Source of the DNA: an uncultured Gammaproteobacteria bacterium
GTDB taxonomy: Bacteria > Patescibacteriota > Patescibacteriia > Patescibacteriales > BS150m-G62
Length of the DNA: 64,000 bases
Assembly (NCBI GenBank): GCA_964569045.1
Contig: CAZMSR010000005.1
Span: 152 to 64,151, forward strand
Direction of reading: 5' to 3'
A program made the position numbers and the translations under genes. Below are positions 54,177-64,000 of this stretch, piece by piece (positions within the stretch are counted from its first letter, which is position 1; each line of letters begins with the position of its first letter). The notes under the pieces were generated by a model. The model was not told where the DNA came from and made no database searches. It saw only the letters and a list, made by a program, of their open reading frames with translations.

Positions 54177-55139
54177 TTATTTTTTTCTTATCGGACTTCT
54201 GTCTAAAACAATTCCTATTTTTTTACCATCTTTTAATTGTAAATATTGATATGCTGCGAGCGCGGCTATTGTGGCTTGACCGCTAGCTATTGAAATTTGT
54301 TTAAATGGCACTGGTGTTACGTCTCCTGCTGCAAATATTCCTGGAGTTCTAGTGTTGCATTTTTCATCTACTATAATTTCTTTTTTTTCATTACGATTGC
54401 ATAGTCCTTCTACCAAATCAGTGTGTGCAACTCTTCCAACTTCTATAAATATTCCGTTAACATTAATTATTTTTTCTTTATTTGTAATAATGTTTTTTAT
54501 TTTTATTTGAGATACTAGTGTGTTTCCTGTAATTTCGTTTGGTTTTGAATTTAGTATTATTTCTATATTGTTAGCTTTTTTTACTTTTGTAATTAAGTTT
54601 TCAAAGCCCCTGAATTCATCTCGTCTATGAATCAAATATACTTTTTTTGCTATTTTAGATAATATTTCTGCTGAGTCTAGAGCTGAGTTGCCGCCACCAA
54701 TAACAGCTACGGTTTTGCCTTTGTAAAATGGACCATCACAAGTTGAGCAATAAGAAACACCTTTGCCACTAAATTTTTGCTCTCCTGGAATTGCTAGTCT
54801 TCTTGGGGCTAGTCCCATGGTTAAGATTATCGTTTTTGTAGAATATTCATCTTTTTCACAGTAAATTTTAAAAGTGTTATTATTGTATTTTTCAATTTTT
54901 TTTACTTCATTAACTTTAATTTCTACTCCTAAACTTTTAACATGGTTATGAAATTTTTGAGTTAGTTCAAAACTGTCAATAGTCTTAAAGCCTGGATAAT
55001 TTTCTATGGTTGAGGCTAGGGCTAGTTGACCGCCTAGATCTTTTGTTAAAATTAAAGTTTTCATTTCTCTTCTGGCAGTATATATTCCAGCTGTGACTCC
55101 TGCTGGCCCAGAGCCAATAATAATTGTATCGTAAATCAT
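54177..55139 (-). CDS. trxB: Thioredoxin-disulfide reductase
   Basis: 320 aa. FAD motif IIGSGPAGVTAG, redox CSTCDG, and NADPH motif VIGGGNSALDSA. Confidence 0.93.
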   Translation of the reverse strand: MIYDTIIIGSGPAGVTAGIYTARREMKTLILTKDLGGQLALASTIENYPGFKTIDSFELTQKFHNHVKSLGVEIKVNEVKKIEKYNNNTFKIYCEKDEYSTKTIILTMGLAPRRLAIPGEQKFSGKGVSYCSTCDGPFYKGKTVAVIGGGNSALDSAEILSKIAKKVYLIHRRDEFRGFENLITKVKKANNIEIILNSKPNEITGNTLVSQIKIKNIITNKEKIINVNGIFIEVGRVAHTDLVEGLCNRNEKKEIIVDEKCNTRTPGIFAAGDVTPVPFKQISIASGQATIAALAAYQYLQLKDGKKIGIVLDRSPIRKK

Positions 55140-55154
55140 TTTTTATTTTTTTAT

Positions 55155-56636
55155 TTATTTAACATAATATTCTTTTTTTATAGCTTTGTCTTCGCGAGTC
55201 CTTTCTTCTTCTATTATTTTTCGGGCTTTTGATCTTAGTAAGTCATTATCCATTTCGTTATATATTTTAGTTTGTTTTTTTAGATAGTCTTTGTTATTGA
55301 GTTCCGGCTTTTCTATAACATCTGCTAGTAAACAATCTAAGATAAAGCCAATTTTTGAACTTGGTTTAATATTTAATAATTTAATAATATCATTTCCATT
55401 GATTTTTAGCATTTTTACTGAAATTGGATCTTTACGAACTCGATCCATCATGTACTCTAAATGCCTTAGTTTGTATGGTTTAGCTTTTGGAACCCCAGAT
55501 CCAAGTCTATCACCAATGCGTACATCAATTAAATCTTTTAAATTATCTTCTCCGACTTTTCTAATTAAACGCCTAACAGAACTAGCCGTAACTTGATCAA
55601 CGTCATAGTAAAACATATGATTTTTAACTAGATTTGTAACTTTTTCAATATCTTTGTTGGAGAAATGCATTCGTTTCATTATTTTGTAAGCCATTTTAGC
55701 TCCTGCGTATTCATGATTATAAAAGGTTGTTTCTCCTTTAATTATTTTTAAAGTTCTTGGTTTTCCAATATCGTGTATTAAAGCTGCAAAACGCACTCGC
55801 CAGTCTTTTGATGGGCAATTTTTTAGACTTAATACAAGATGTTTAAAAACCGGGTAAATATGGTGTTTGCTTTGTGGAATTTTTGTGCCCTCTTCGAGTT
55901 CCGGTATTATGTATTGTAAGAGTTTTGTCTCATGAAGTAATTCTATTCCGTTTGCCGGTTGTTTTGAAGTTAAAATCTTTATTAGTTCATCTCGTTTGCG
56001 TTCATTTGAGATAAACTTAATATTGCCGGCTAGTTTTGTTATAGCTCTTTTTGTTTTTTCTTCAATAAGGAATTCAAGTTCGCAAGCTAATCTAATTGCT
56101 CTCATCATTCTTAGAGCATCTTCTTTAAATCTATCGCTAGGTTCTCCAACAGAGCGAATTGTTTTTTTATTTATGTCTTTAATTCCACCAAAAAAATCAA
56201 GTAATGAGTAGTTATTGATTTTGGTTGTGTGTTTAGAGTATTTTTTATTAATTTCATTAAAATTTAAAGCTAGTGCATTAATAGTAAAGTCCCTTCTTTC
56301 AAGATCTTTATCTATTTCGTTTTCAAATTTTATTTGATCAGGGTGACGTCTGTCACTATAGCCTTGTTCACTTCTGTAAGTTGTTACTTCTATTTGTTCT
56401 TGTAGAATATCTTTTTTATCTTTGATTGGTATGATAATAGTGCCAAAGATATTTTCATATCTTCCTTCTGGAAAAATTTTTAAAATGTCTTTTGGTCTAG
56501 CTAGGGTTGTTATATCCCAGTCTTTTGGTGTTCTATTCATTAATATATCTCGTACGCAGCCACCAACAACAAAAGATTCAAAGTTGCTTTGACTTAGTTT
56601 ATTTATTATTTTTACAACATTTTTATTTATTTCCAT
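55155..56636 (-). CDS. cca: CCA-adding tRNA nucleotidyltransferase with an HD domain
   Basis: 493 aa. GGCVRDILMNRTPKDWDITT, RDFTINA, and HD motif HDIGKP. Confidence 0.88.
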   Translation of the reverse strand: MEINKNVVKIINKLSQSNFESFVVGGCVRDILMNRTPKDWDITTLARPKDILKIFPEGRYENIFGTIIIPIKDKKDILQEQIEVTTYRSEQGYSDRRHPDQIKFENEIDKDLERRDFTINALALNFNEINKKYSKHTTKINNYSLLDFFGGIKDINKKTIRSVGEPSDRFKEDALRMMRAIRLACELEFLIEEKTKRAITKLAGNIKFISNERKRDELIKILTSKQPANGIELLHETKLLQYIIPELEEGTKIPQSKHHIYPVFKHLVLSLKNCPSKDWRVRFAALIHDIGKPRTLKIIKGETTFYNHEYAGAKMAYKIMKRMHFSNKDIEKVTNLVKNHMFYYDVDQVTASSVRRLIRKVGEDNLKDLIDVRIGDRLGSGVPKAKPYKLRHLEYMMDRVRKDPISVKMLKINGNDIIKLLNIKPSSKIGFILDCLLADVIEKPELNNKDYLKKQTKIYNEMDNDLLRSKARKIIEEERTREDKAIKKEYYVK

Positions 56637-56678
56637 AAGTTTATACTAGAATAATATTTATTTTTTGTAAAATTGTTT

Positions 56679-56706
56679 TTGACAATTTAAGGTACCGGCG
56701 TATAAT
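56679..56706 (+). promoter_or_regulatory. Promoter TTGACA-16-TATAAT placed so that ileS mRNA would be leaderless
   Basis: ttgaca at 56679-56684 and tataat at 56701-56706. The ileS ATG begins at 56714, only 7 nt after the -10. No SD is present. Confidence 0.5.
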
Positions 56707-56713
56707 AAATTAT

Positions 56714-59680
56714 ATGCAAAAAAATGATCAAAAAGTTAATAAGAGCGAAGTGGCTAACAAAGAAGAAGTAGTTTTGGATTTTTGGCAAAAGGCTAAAATT
56801 TTTGAACAGTCAGTTGAAAGAAAAGCTCCAATGGGTGATTATATTTTTTATGATGGGCCACCTTTTGCAACCGGTACACCACATTATGGGCATATAGTTG
56901 CATCTGTTATGAAGGATGTTGTGCCACGTTATCAGACAATGAAAGGATTTAGAGTACCGCGAAAATGGGGTTGGGATTGTCATGGTTTGCCAATAGAAAA
57001 TATTGCTGAAAAAGAACTTGGCGTTAATTCAAAAAAAGAAATTGAAGAAAAAATTGGAGTTGAAAAGTTTAATGAAACTTGTAGGAAAAAGGTTTTGAGC
57101 TTTGTTAATGTTTGGGAAAAAATGATTCCACGTTTAGGTCGTTGGGTTGATATGAAAAATGATTATAGAACTATGGACCCTGAGTTTATGGAGTCTGTTT
57201 GGTGGGTGTTTAAGCAGCTTTGGGATAAAGAGTTGATTTATGAGGATTATAGGTCAATGCATGTTTGTCCAAGATGTGAAACTACATTATCGCAGTCTGA
57301 AGTTAGTGAAGGTTATGAGATGGTTCAAGATCTTTCAGTTGTGGCTAAATTTAAATTAAAATCAGAACAGAAAATTGGTAATGATATTGTAATAGATGAT
57401 TATACATATATATTGGCTTGGACTACTACTCCATGGACTTTGATTGGAAATGTGGCTCTTGCTATTAATAAAGATATAAAATACCAATTAGTGGAAGCTG
57501 ATAAGAAATATATTGTGGCTAAAGATAGAGTTGATAGTGTTTTTGATGGTAAAGATTATGATGTTGTAGAAGAATTTAAAGGAGATAAGCTATTAAATTT
57601 AGAATATGATGCTCTATTTGATTATTATTCTAATTCCAGTTTAGAAAATCATGAGAATGGTTGGAAAGTGTATTATGGAGATTTTGTAAATATTAATGAA
57701 GGAACCGGCGTTGTTCATATTGCTCCAGCTTTTGGAGAAGATGATATGAAGTTAGGCAAGAAAAATAAGCTTCCATTTATTCAGCATGTATCACTTAGTG
57801 GAGTGTTTAATGATGAGGTGATTGATTTTAAAGGGATTCATGTTAAGCCACTTAAAAAAGAAGAGCGTCTAAGTACTGATATTGAAATTATTAAGTATTT
57901 AGCAAAAATAGGAAAATTATTTTCTAAAGCTAAGTACGAACATTCATATCCGCATTGTTGGCGATGTGATACGCCTTTATTGAATTATGCATCATCTTCT
58001 TGGTTTGTTAATGTTTCTAAAATAAAGAAAAGAATGTTGGAGTTAGCATGCGATATTAAATGGTCGCCTGAGCATTTAAAAAGTGGTCGTTTTGGTAATT
58101 GGCTAGAAGGGGCTCGTGATTGGTCGATTAGCCGTCAGCGATACTGGGCATCGGTTATGCCATTATGGGTTTGTGAATGTGGAGAGCAAAAAGTTATGGG
58201 TTCAATAAAGGAATTGGAAGAGGTAAGTGATAAAAAGGTGAATGATTTACATAAGCATGTAGTTGATAAAATATTTTTAAATTGCAAAAAATGTAAAGGA
58301 AAAATGAAAAGAGTACCAGATGTGCTTGATACATGGTTTGATTCCGGTTCAATGCCTTATGCTCAAGCACATTATCCATTTGGTAATAAAAAACAATTTG
58401 ATGAAAATTTTCCAGCTCAGTTTATTGGTGAGGGTGTTGATCAAACAAGATGTTGGTTTTATTATTTGCATGTTATTTCAACTGCAGTTAATGATAGTGC
58501 GGCTTTTGAAAATGTTATAGCAAATGGAATTGTTTTAGCTGAAAATGGAAAGAAAATGTCAAAAAGGTTAGAAAATTATCCAGATCCTACTGAAATGATT
58601 AATAAATATGGAGCTGATAGTATACGTTATTATCTGCTAACATCGCAAGTAATGTTAGCTGATCAGTTATGTTTTAAAGAAAGTGAATTATCAGAAGTTT
58701 TTCGAAATGTTATTATGATGTTAAATAATGTTTTAAAGTTTTATTTTATTTTTGATGATGGCTTAGATCATTATATAATGCATAATGAGAGCAAGAGCAA
58801 TAATATATTAGATAAATGGATAAGAGTAAAGTTTTCTTTGTTAATAAAAAGTGTAACAGGTGGAATGGATAATTATAATTTACCAAGAGCAACAAGACCG
58901 ATTGAAAATTTTATAAATGATTTATCAACCTGGTATGTGCGTAGATCTAGGGATCGATTTAAAAGTGATGATTTAGTAGATAAAAAAAATGCATTAAATA
59001 CTCTAGCTTATGTTTTGGTTGAGTTTTCCAAAGTAATGGCACCATTTATGCCTTTTATAGCAGAAGATATTTGGCAAAGAGTTACTAGAAATAATTATAG
59101 GACAAAAGAAAAAAGCGTTCATTTGCAAAATTGGCCAATTTTAGAAGTAGAAATAAATAAAAGTGATTTAAGTATTGATGCAAATATGAAAAATGTAAGA
59201 AAAATTGTTGAATTAGGTTTGAGCGCTAGAGATAAAGCAAGCATAAAAGTCAGACAACCTTTAGAGCAAATATCTATAAATAATATTGAAATAAGTGAAG
59301 AATATTTAATTCTTGTAAAAGATGAGCTTAATGTTAAAGAAGTTATATTAAATAAAGGAAAAGGCGAAATAAGTATTGAGCTTGATACGATAATTACGCA
59401 AGAGTTGAGACTTGAGGGATTAAAGCGTGATATAGTAAGATTTATTAATAGTATGAGAAAACAGGCTAGTCTTACTATTAACGATATGACGATTATGTAT
59501 TACTATACTAATAGTATCCTATTAAAGGAAGTGATAGATCGGTATAAAGACTCGATTTTGAAAGATACATTGAGTGCACAAATATTAGATTATCAGTTTA
59601 AGAAAGAAGAGAATTTAAATATTGAAAAAGAATTAGAAATTGGCGGTAATATATTAAAAATTGGTATTATAAAGAAATAA
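56714..59680 (+). CDS. ileS: Isoleucine--tRNA ligase (type 2 architecture)
   Basis: 988 aa. PPFATGTPHYGHI (the HIGH motif), KMSKRLENYP (the KMSKS motif), GEGVDQTRCWFY, and Zn motifs CPRC/CWRC. Confidence 0.95.
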   Translation: MQKNDQKVNKSEVANKEEVVLDFWQKAKIFEQSVERKAPMGDYIFYDGPPFATGTPHYGHIVASVMKDVVPRYQTMKGFRVPRKWGWDCHGLPIENIAEKELGVNSKKEIEEKIGVEKFNETCRKKVLSFVNVWEKMIPRLGRWVDMKNDYRTMDPEFMESVWWVFKQLWDKELIYEDYRSMHVCPRCETTLSQSEVSEGYEMVQDLSVVAKFKLKSEQKIGNDIVIDDYTYILAWTTTPWTLIGNVALAINKDIKYQLVEADKKYIVAKDRVDSVFDGKDYDVVEEFKGDKLLNLEYDALFDYYSNSSLENHENGWKVYYGDFVNINEGTGVVHIAPAFGEDDMKLGKKNKLPFIQHVSLSGVFNDEVIDFKGIHVKPLKKEERLSTDIEIIKYLAKIGKLFSKAKYEHSYPHCWRCDTPLLNYASSSWFVNVSKIKKRMLELACDIKWSPEHLKSGRFGNWLEGARDWSISRQRYWASVMPLWVCECGEQKVMGSIKELEEVSDKKVNDLHKHVVDKIFLNCKKCKGKMKRVPDVLDTWFDSGSMPYAQAHYPFGNKKQFDENFPAQFIGEGVDQTRCWFYYLHVISTAVNDSAAFENVIANGIVLAENGKKMSKRLENYPDPTEMINKYGADSIRYYLLTSQVMLADQLCFKESELSEVFRNVIMMLNNVLKFYFIFDDGLDHYIMHNESKSNNILDKWIRVKFSLLIKSVTGGMDNYNLPRATRPIENFINDLSTWYVRRSRDRFKSDDLVDKKNALNTLAYVLVEFSKVMAPFMPFIAEDIWQRVTRNNYRTKEKSVHLQNWPILEVEINKSDLSIDANMKNVRKIVELGLSARDKASIKVRQPLEQISINNIEISEEYLILVKDELNVKEVILNKGKGEISIELDTIITQELRLEGLKRDIVRFINSMRKQASLTINDMTIMYYYTNSILLKEVIDRYKDSILKDTLSAQILDYQFKKEENLNIEKELEIGGNILKIGIIKK

Positions 59681-59736
59681 TTAGTGAAATTTGAATTTAA
59701 ATCGTAATTTTTAAATTTAAATTTCGAATTATAAAA

Positions 59737-60090
59737 ATGGATAAGTTAGTAATAGATCGTATTGAAAAAGATCTAAAAACAAGAAAAAGTCAGGTTTTAA
59801 AAGATTTGAATGACTTGAAAGATAAGAAAAGGGATGATGTGAAATTTCCTACTTATGGAAATAAGCCTGATGAAAATGCTCAAGAGGTTGGTGATTATGA
59901 GACAAATATAGCCACTCAAAATTCACTAGAAAAGACCTTGAGAGACCTGGAAAGTGCCTTGACTAGGATAGGTGCAGGAACTTATGGTATTTGTAAATAT
60001 TGTAAAAAAGAAATTGGTGAAAAACGAATGGAAGCCAGGCCAGTAGCAAGTGCTTGTATTACTTGTAAGACAAAGCTTCAAAAGTTTTAA
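59737..60090 (+). CDS. DksA/TraR-family C4 zinc-finger protein
   Basis: 117 aa. It reads CKYCKKEIGEKRMEARPVASACITCK. Confidence 0.8.
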   Translation: MDKLVIDRIEKDLKTRKSQVLKDLNDLKDKKRDDVKFPTYGNKPDENAQEVGDYETNIATQNSLEKTLRDLESALTRIGAGTYGICKYCKKEIGEKRMEARPVASACITCKTKLQKF

Positions 60091-60093
60091 TAA

Positions 60094-60555
60094 ATGCTAT
60101 TAAAAAATATAAAATATAAAACAGCAATATTTTTTATAGTTGCTGTTTTTGTCATTGTTTTTGATAGATTATTTAAATCAGGAGCATTAGTTGGTTATTT
60201 TGATAACAAGATTTCCATTTTTGGAGATTTGATTTTTTTAGTGTTTGAATCAAATGTAAATATTGCTTTTTCATTGCCGCTTGAAGGTGTTTTTTTAAAT
60301 ATTGTAATTATTCTTATTTTAGTAAGTTTGATTGCGCATGCTGCGTATTTGTTTAATATGAGCAAGATTGATGCAAGTTTTTTAGTTGGCGTGATTGTGC
60401 TTGGTGCGGCTAGTAATTTATTTGATAGACTGAAGTATGGATTTGTTGTTGATTATATTTATGTTAAATATTTTGCTATTTTTAATTTAGCCGATGCTTT
60501 AATATTTTTTGGTGTAGTTATGTTTTTTTTATTTGAGCGAAAAGTGCATAATTAA
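60094..60555 (+). CDS. lspA: Lipoprotein signal peptidase (signal peptidase II)
   Basis: 153 aa. Four TM segments, motifs NVNIAFSLP, VVDYIYV and FNLADALIFFG. The conserved ileS-lspA neighbourhood is present. Confidence 0.85.
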   Translation: MLLKNIKYKTAIFFIVAVFVIVFDRLFKSGALVGYFDNKISIFGDLIFLVFESNVNIAFSLPLEGVFLNIVIILILVSLIAHAAYLFNMSKIDASFLVGVIVLGAASNLFDRLKYGFVVDYIYVKYFAIFNLADALIFFGVVMFFLFERKVHN

Positions 60556-60993
60556 TCTTTCTTTTTCGTTTATATTTTTTATATTAATTAGTAGAGTATT
60601 TTTTGGTAAGGATTTTTTAATATTTTCTGCCCATTCAATTAAGGCTATAGAGTTTGGGCTTTTAATATATTCTTCAGCTCCGATTAATTTTATAGATTCT
60701 TTTTGATTGTCTAATTTGTATGCATCAATATGAATAAATTTGTTAAAATTAATAGATTTTTTTATATTATATACTTTCATAAATACAAACGTTGGAGAAT
60801 TGATTCGGTCTTTAATAGTTAAACCATGAGCAAAACCCTTAGCAAAAATAGTTTTTCCTGCTCCTAAATTTCCTGTAAGGCCTATGACTACTGAGTTTGT
60901 TTTAGAGTTTAAAATTTTTTTTGCTAAGTTTCTAGCATATTTAAAAGTATCTTTGGTTGATTTTGATTTGTACTTTATTTCTTTTTTTAACAT
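60529..60993 (-). CDS. tsaE: tRNA t6A37 biosynthesis ATPase TsaE
   Basis: 154 aa. It reads GLTGNLGAGKTIFAKGFAHGL...INSPTFVFMKVY...HIDAYKL. Confidence 0.88.
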   Translation of the reverse strand: MLKKEIKYKSKSTKDTFKYARNLAKKILNSKTNSVVIGLTGNLGAGKTIFAKGFAHGLTIKDRINSPTFVFMKVYNIKKSINFNKFIHIDAYKLDNQKESIKLIGAEEYIKSPNSIALIEWAENIKKSLPKNTLLINIKNINEKERLIMHFSLK

Positions 60994-61051
60994 GACTAAA
61001 TATTAAGCTATTTTACTTGATAATTCAAGCTAAGTATGCAAGAATAATATT

Positions 61052-62419
61052 ATGGAAAAAATAATTTCATTATGTAAGCGTCGTGGTTTTGTGTATCCAT
61101 CATCTGAAATTTATGGTGGGTATCAATCAATTTATGATTATGGTCCCTATGGTTCTATTTTGACTAATAATATTAAAGAGGCCTGGTGGAAAGCTATGGT
61201 TCAATTACGGGATGATATAGTTGGTTTAGACTCTAGTATCTTTATGCATCCTCAAGTTTGGGAAGCTAGTGGCCATGTTAGTGGTTTTTCAGATCCATTA
61301 ACAGAATGCAAAAATTGCCATACAAGATCAAGGGTTGATCATTTATTAGAAGAAGTGAATGTTTTTGCTGATGAGAAAATGACAGAAGAAAAGGTAAATG
61401 TTATTTTTAATGAGCATAAAGCTAAAATTAAATGTCCTGTATGTTCTCAGAGTGATTTTTCTAGTGTTAAAAAATTTAATTTATTAGTAAAATCTAATTT
61501 GGGAAATTTTGCCGGGGATCCAATGTCTAACCCTAGTTATTTGAGAGGCGAAACTTGTCAGGGTATATATGTTAATTATAAAAATGTTTTAGATTCTGCA
61601 AGAGTTAAGGTGCCTTTTGGTATAGCTCAAATTGGAAAAGCTTTTCGAAACGAAATAACTGCTCGTCAATTTATATTTAGAACTCGTGAATTTGAACAAA
61701 TGGAAATGCAATATTTCGTACACCCTAAAGAAGAAATTAAAGAATATGAAAAATTAAAAGAGTTTCGATTAAATTATTATTTAAATTTAGGAATAAAAAA
61801 AGAAAATTTACGTTGGCATGAACATGAAAATTTGGTGTTTTATGCTAAAGCGGCTTTTGATATAGAATATAATTATCCATTTGGCTTTAAAGAGTTAGAG
61901 GGAATACATGCTAGAGGTGATTATGACTTGTCTCAGCATACAAAATTTTCCGGTAAAGATTTAAGCTATACAGACCCTCAAACTAAAGAAAAATTTACCC
62001 CTCATATTATAGAATCATCAGTTGGGGTTGGTAGAACAATGCTTGCAATATTATGTGATGCCTATAAAGAAGAAAAGATTGGTGAAAATGAAACTAGAAC
62101 TGTTTTAAAGTTTAATAAAAAACTTGCTCCTATAAAAGTTGCTGTATTTCCTTTGTTAAAAAATAAGCCGGAATTAGTTGCAAAAGCTAGAGATGTATAT
62201 AATAAATTAAAACAGAAATATATGTGTGAGTTTGATGATAATGGTAATATTGGTAAACGTTATAGAAGGCAGGATGAAATCGGAACGCCATATTGTGTTA
62301 CTGTTGATTTTGATAGTTTAGGAGATAATACATTGACAATAAGAGATAGAGATACAATGCAGCAAGAGAGAATCGTTATTGAAAAAATAATAAAAAAGTT
62401 GGCAATTGAATTAGAGTAA
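61052..62419 (+). CDS. glyQS: Glycine--tRNA ligase (alpha2 type)
   Basis: 455 aa. N-terminus reads MEKIISLCKRRGFVYPSSEIYGGYQSIYDYGPYG, with class II motifs FRNEITARQFIFRTREFEQME and GVGRTM. Confidence 0.95.
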   Translation: MEKIISLCKRRGFVYPSSEIYGGYQSIYDYGPYGSILTNNIKEAWWKAMVQLRDDIVGLDSSIFMHPQVWEASGHVSGFSDPLTECKNCHTRSRVDHLLEEVNVFADEKMTEEKVNVIFNEHKAKIKCPVCSQSDFSSVKKFNLLVKSNLGNFAGDPMSNPSYLRGETCQGIYVNYKNVLDSARVKVPFGIAQIGKAFRNEITARQFIFRTREFEQMEMQYFVHPKEEIKEYEKLKEFRLNYYLNLGIKKENLRWHEHENLVFYAKAAFDIEYNYPFGFKELEGIHARGDYDLSQHTKFSGKDLSYTDPQTKEKFTPHIIESSVGVGRTMLAILCDAYKEEKIGENETRTVLKFNKKLAPIKVAVFPLLKNKPELVAKARDVYNKLKQKYMCEFDDNGNIGKRYRRQDEIGTPYCVTVDFDSLGDNTLTIRDRDTMQQERIVIEKIIKKLAIELE

Positions 62420-62425
62420 AAAAAT

Positions 62426-62449
62426 AACGGTCCACTAAAGGATCGTTTT
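62426..62449 (+). terminator. Weak putative terminator after glyQS
   Basis: aacggtcc-actaaa-ggatcgtt followed by tt. The T-run is short. Confidence 0.35.
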
Positions 62450-62487
62450 AAGAAAAAGGAATTATGTTTTTTGTTGTCTGCTATTGT

Positions 62488-62601
62488 TTATGATAGTACA
62501 ATAGCGCTAACAAAAATTACGCCTCCAAGCAGTGGTACTATAAAAAACTGAGAAGCCGAAAAGAGGATTAAAATGCTTTTGAAGTTGTTTTTGAGTTTCA
62601 T
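62488..62601 (-). CDS. Candidate 37-aa hydrophobic mini-protein
   Basis: MKLKNNFKSILILFSASQFFIVPLLGGVIFVSAIVLS. aagga lies ~11 nt upstream of the ATG. It is not in the ORF track because it is under 60 aa. Confidence 0.3.
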   Translation of the reverse strand: MKLKNNFKSILILFSASQFFIVPLLGGVIFVSAIVLS

Positions 62602-62643
62602 TGTCTAGATTTCCTTTTTTATTAATGAGCATTTAGTACATTA

Positions 62644-63066
62644 TTGTACTTATTTAAGATTATTATAAATATAAAAACTTGTCAAATGAAATTAGAGATA
62701 TTGTCTAGTGATTTAAATATTGCACCTGAACAGTTTTTAAAAAAGGCTGGCTATGCTTTTATTTATGACAGAAAAACAAGAAAAGAAAGTTTTGTTCGTA
62801 GATTATCAAGCGATTATTATCCACGTTTTCATGTGTATGTTTTAAAAGCAGGAAGTAATATTATTTTTAACCTTCACCTTGACCAAAAAAAGTCTAGCTA
62901 TGCAGGAAGTAGTGCGCATAGTGCGGAGTATGATGGTGAATTGGTAGAAAATGAGATTAATCGTTTAAAAGGCGTTGTGTTTGAAAATAAAGTTACTTTA
63001 AATGAAGTAAATGAGGTGGTTGAAAAAAGAGGTTTTATTGCTAAAATTTTTAATATGTTTAAATAG
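62644..63066 (+). CDS. Hypothetical conserved small protein
   Basis: 140 aa in the track, but the probable start is M15 (62686, MKLEILSS...). The motif YPRFHVYV...LHLDQKKSSYAGSSAHSAEYDG recurs in uncharacterised bacterial proteins (from memory). Confidence 0.5.
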   Translation: MYLFKIIINIKTCQMKLEILSSDLNIAPEQFLKKAGYAFIYDRKTRKESFVRRLSSDYYPRFHVYVLKAGSNIIFNLHLDQKKSSYAGSSAHSAEYDGELVENEINRLKGVVFENKVTLNEVNEVVEKRGFIAKIFNMFK

Positions 63067-63113
63067 GGTCTTTGAAAGCAGTATGAATTTTTTATGTTGT
63101 TTTTTAATTTTTT

Positions 63114-64000
63114 ATGCAACCTTCAGAAGAGATAAAATCAAAATTAGATATTGTTGATATTATTGGAGAATATATTAAGCTAACATCTGCCGGTTCAAAC
63201 TATAAAGCAAACTGTCCATTTCATCGTGAAAAATCTCCTTCGTTTATGGTGAGTGCAGATAAGCAAATTTGGCGTTGCTTTGGTTGCGCTAAAGGGGGTG
63301 ATATTTTTGCATTTGTAATGGATATTGAGAGTCTTGATTTTCGTGAAGCTTTAAAGTTATTAGCCGGTAAAGCCGGTGTTACACTTAAAAAAACTGATCC
63401 AAAAATTTCTTCTCACAGAAATAGGTTGCTTGACATTTTAGATATTTCTGCCCGTTTTTATCAGAAGATACTTTTAAATAGTAGTTTGGCAAAAATGGCG
63501 TTAGAGTATATAAGTGCAAGGGGGTTAGATATGAATATGATAGAAGAATGGGGTATAGGTTATAGTCCGGATAGTTGGGATGATTTATATTTGTTTTTAA
63601 AAAAAAGAGGCTTTTGTAACGAGGACATTTTGGATTCTGGAATGATTATTAAAAAAGATAAAGGTTATGGTTATTATAATCGTTTTAGGGATAGAATAAT
63701 GTTTCCGATTAAAGATTTGAGTGGTAATATTGTGGCATTTACCGCTAGGATTAATCCCGGTAGTGATAAAGATGAAAAGATGGGAAAATATATAAATAGT
63801 CCCCAAACAATTATATATAATAAAAGTAATATAATTTTTGGGTTAGATAAAGCAAAGTTACATATTAAAAATGATGATTTAATTATTGTTGCAGAAGGTC
63901 AAATGGATGTTATTACTGCGCACACTAGAGGTTTTAAGAATATAATTGCTTCGTCAGGCACTGCTTTAACTAAAGAACAAATAATGACTTTAAAAAGATA
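63114..64000 (+). CDS. dnaG: DNA primase, partial (runs off the window)
   Basis: The ORF is open from ATG 63114 to the window end. Zn-ribbon CPFHREKSPSFMVSADKQIWRCFGC, followed by the start of the RNA-polymerase/TOPRIM region (EGQMDVITAH). Confidence 0.9.
   Translation, partial: MQPSEEIKSKLDIVDIIGEYIKLTSAGSNYKANCPFHREKSPSFMVSADKQIWRCFGCAKGGDIFAFVMDIESLDFREALKLLAGKAGVTLKKTDPKISSHRNRLLDILDISARFYQKILLNSSLAKMALEYISARGLDMNMIEEWGIGYSPDSWDDLYLFLKKRGFCNEDILDSGMIIKKDKGYGYYNRFRDRIMFPIKDLSGNIVAFTARINPGSDKDEKMGKYINSPQTIIYNKSNIIFGLDKAKLHIKNDDLIIVAEGQMDVITAHTRGFKNIIASSGTALTKEQIMTLKR

Noticed and set aside
1-64000. Alternative genetic code (UGA recoding, as in SR1/Gracilibacteria)
   Set aside because: Conserved genes end at TGA with normal lengths (pth at 12962, the receiver at 17504, the sensor at 15206), and no conserved gene is broken by in-frame TGA.

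Overview
This is a low-GC bacterial segment that uses the standard genetic code: conserved genes such as pth end on TGA at normal length. Compact housekeeping genes, pilins with N-termini of the type GFTLIELLLVIAIIAIL, and many large K/E-rich orphan proteins suggest a Patescibacteria/CPR-like genome. That placement is inference, not a database result.

Confident housekeeping calls: metG, der, pth, rpoB-rpoC, tRNA-Glu(UUC), trxB, cca, ileS, a DksA/TraR-like zinc finger, lspA, tsaE, glyQS and a partial dnaG.

Accessory content, in order along the window:
1. 1-2.9 kb: a GC-elevated Nudix plus radical-SAM/SPASM pair next to decayed ISL3-like and IS110-like transposase remnants.
2. 10.4-17.5 kb: a two-component cluster with two paralogous Cache/HAMP sensors. 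One of them appears split from its kinase at an A-tract. A CheY-like receiver overlaps pilB.
3. 17.5-35.8 kb: a type IV pilus super-locus containing pilB, two Cys-rich exported proteins, pilC, a 796-aa prepilin-leader protein with RTX-like and ICH...HGDxxGxC repeats, a 1435-aa multi-propeller protein, two minor-pilin-like proteins, a PilM/TM/SH3 fusion and three tandem pilin paralogs.
4. 46.2-47.7 kb: a compositionally foreign island. It holds an orphan ~300-nt transcription unit with a promoter, serial mini-ORFs and a strong terminator, plus a roughly 50 % GC orphan 280-aa Cys/His protein driven by a perfect TTGACA-17-TATAAT promoter.
5. 47.8-54.2 kb: a divergently transcribed four-gene operon of uncharacterised proteins (805, 101, 1089 and 105 aa).

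Two long inverted-repeat elements lie at 10.18 kb and 31.06 kb, and a 24-bp perfect palindrome sits just upstream of rpoB. I found no rRNA and no CRISPR array.

My best candidates for something undescribed are the 46.2-54.2 kb locus and the giant pilus-linked proteins. I cannot assign a function to either from sequence alone.
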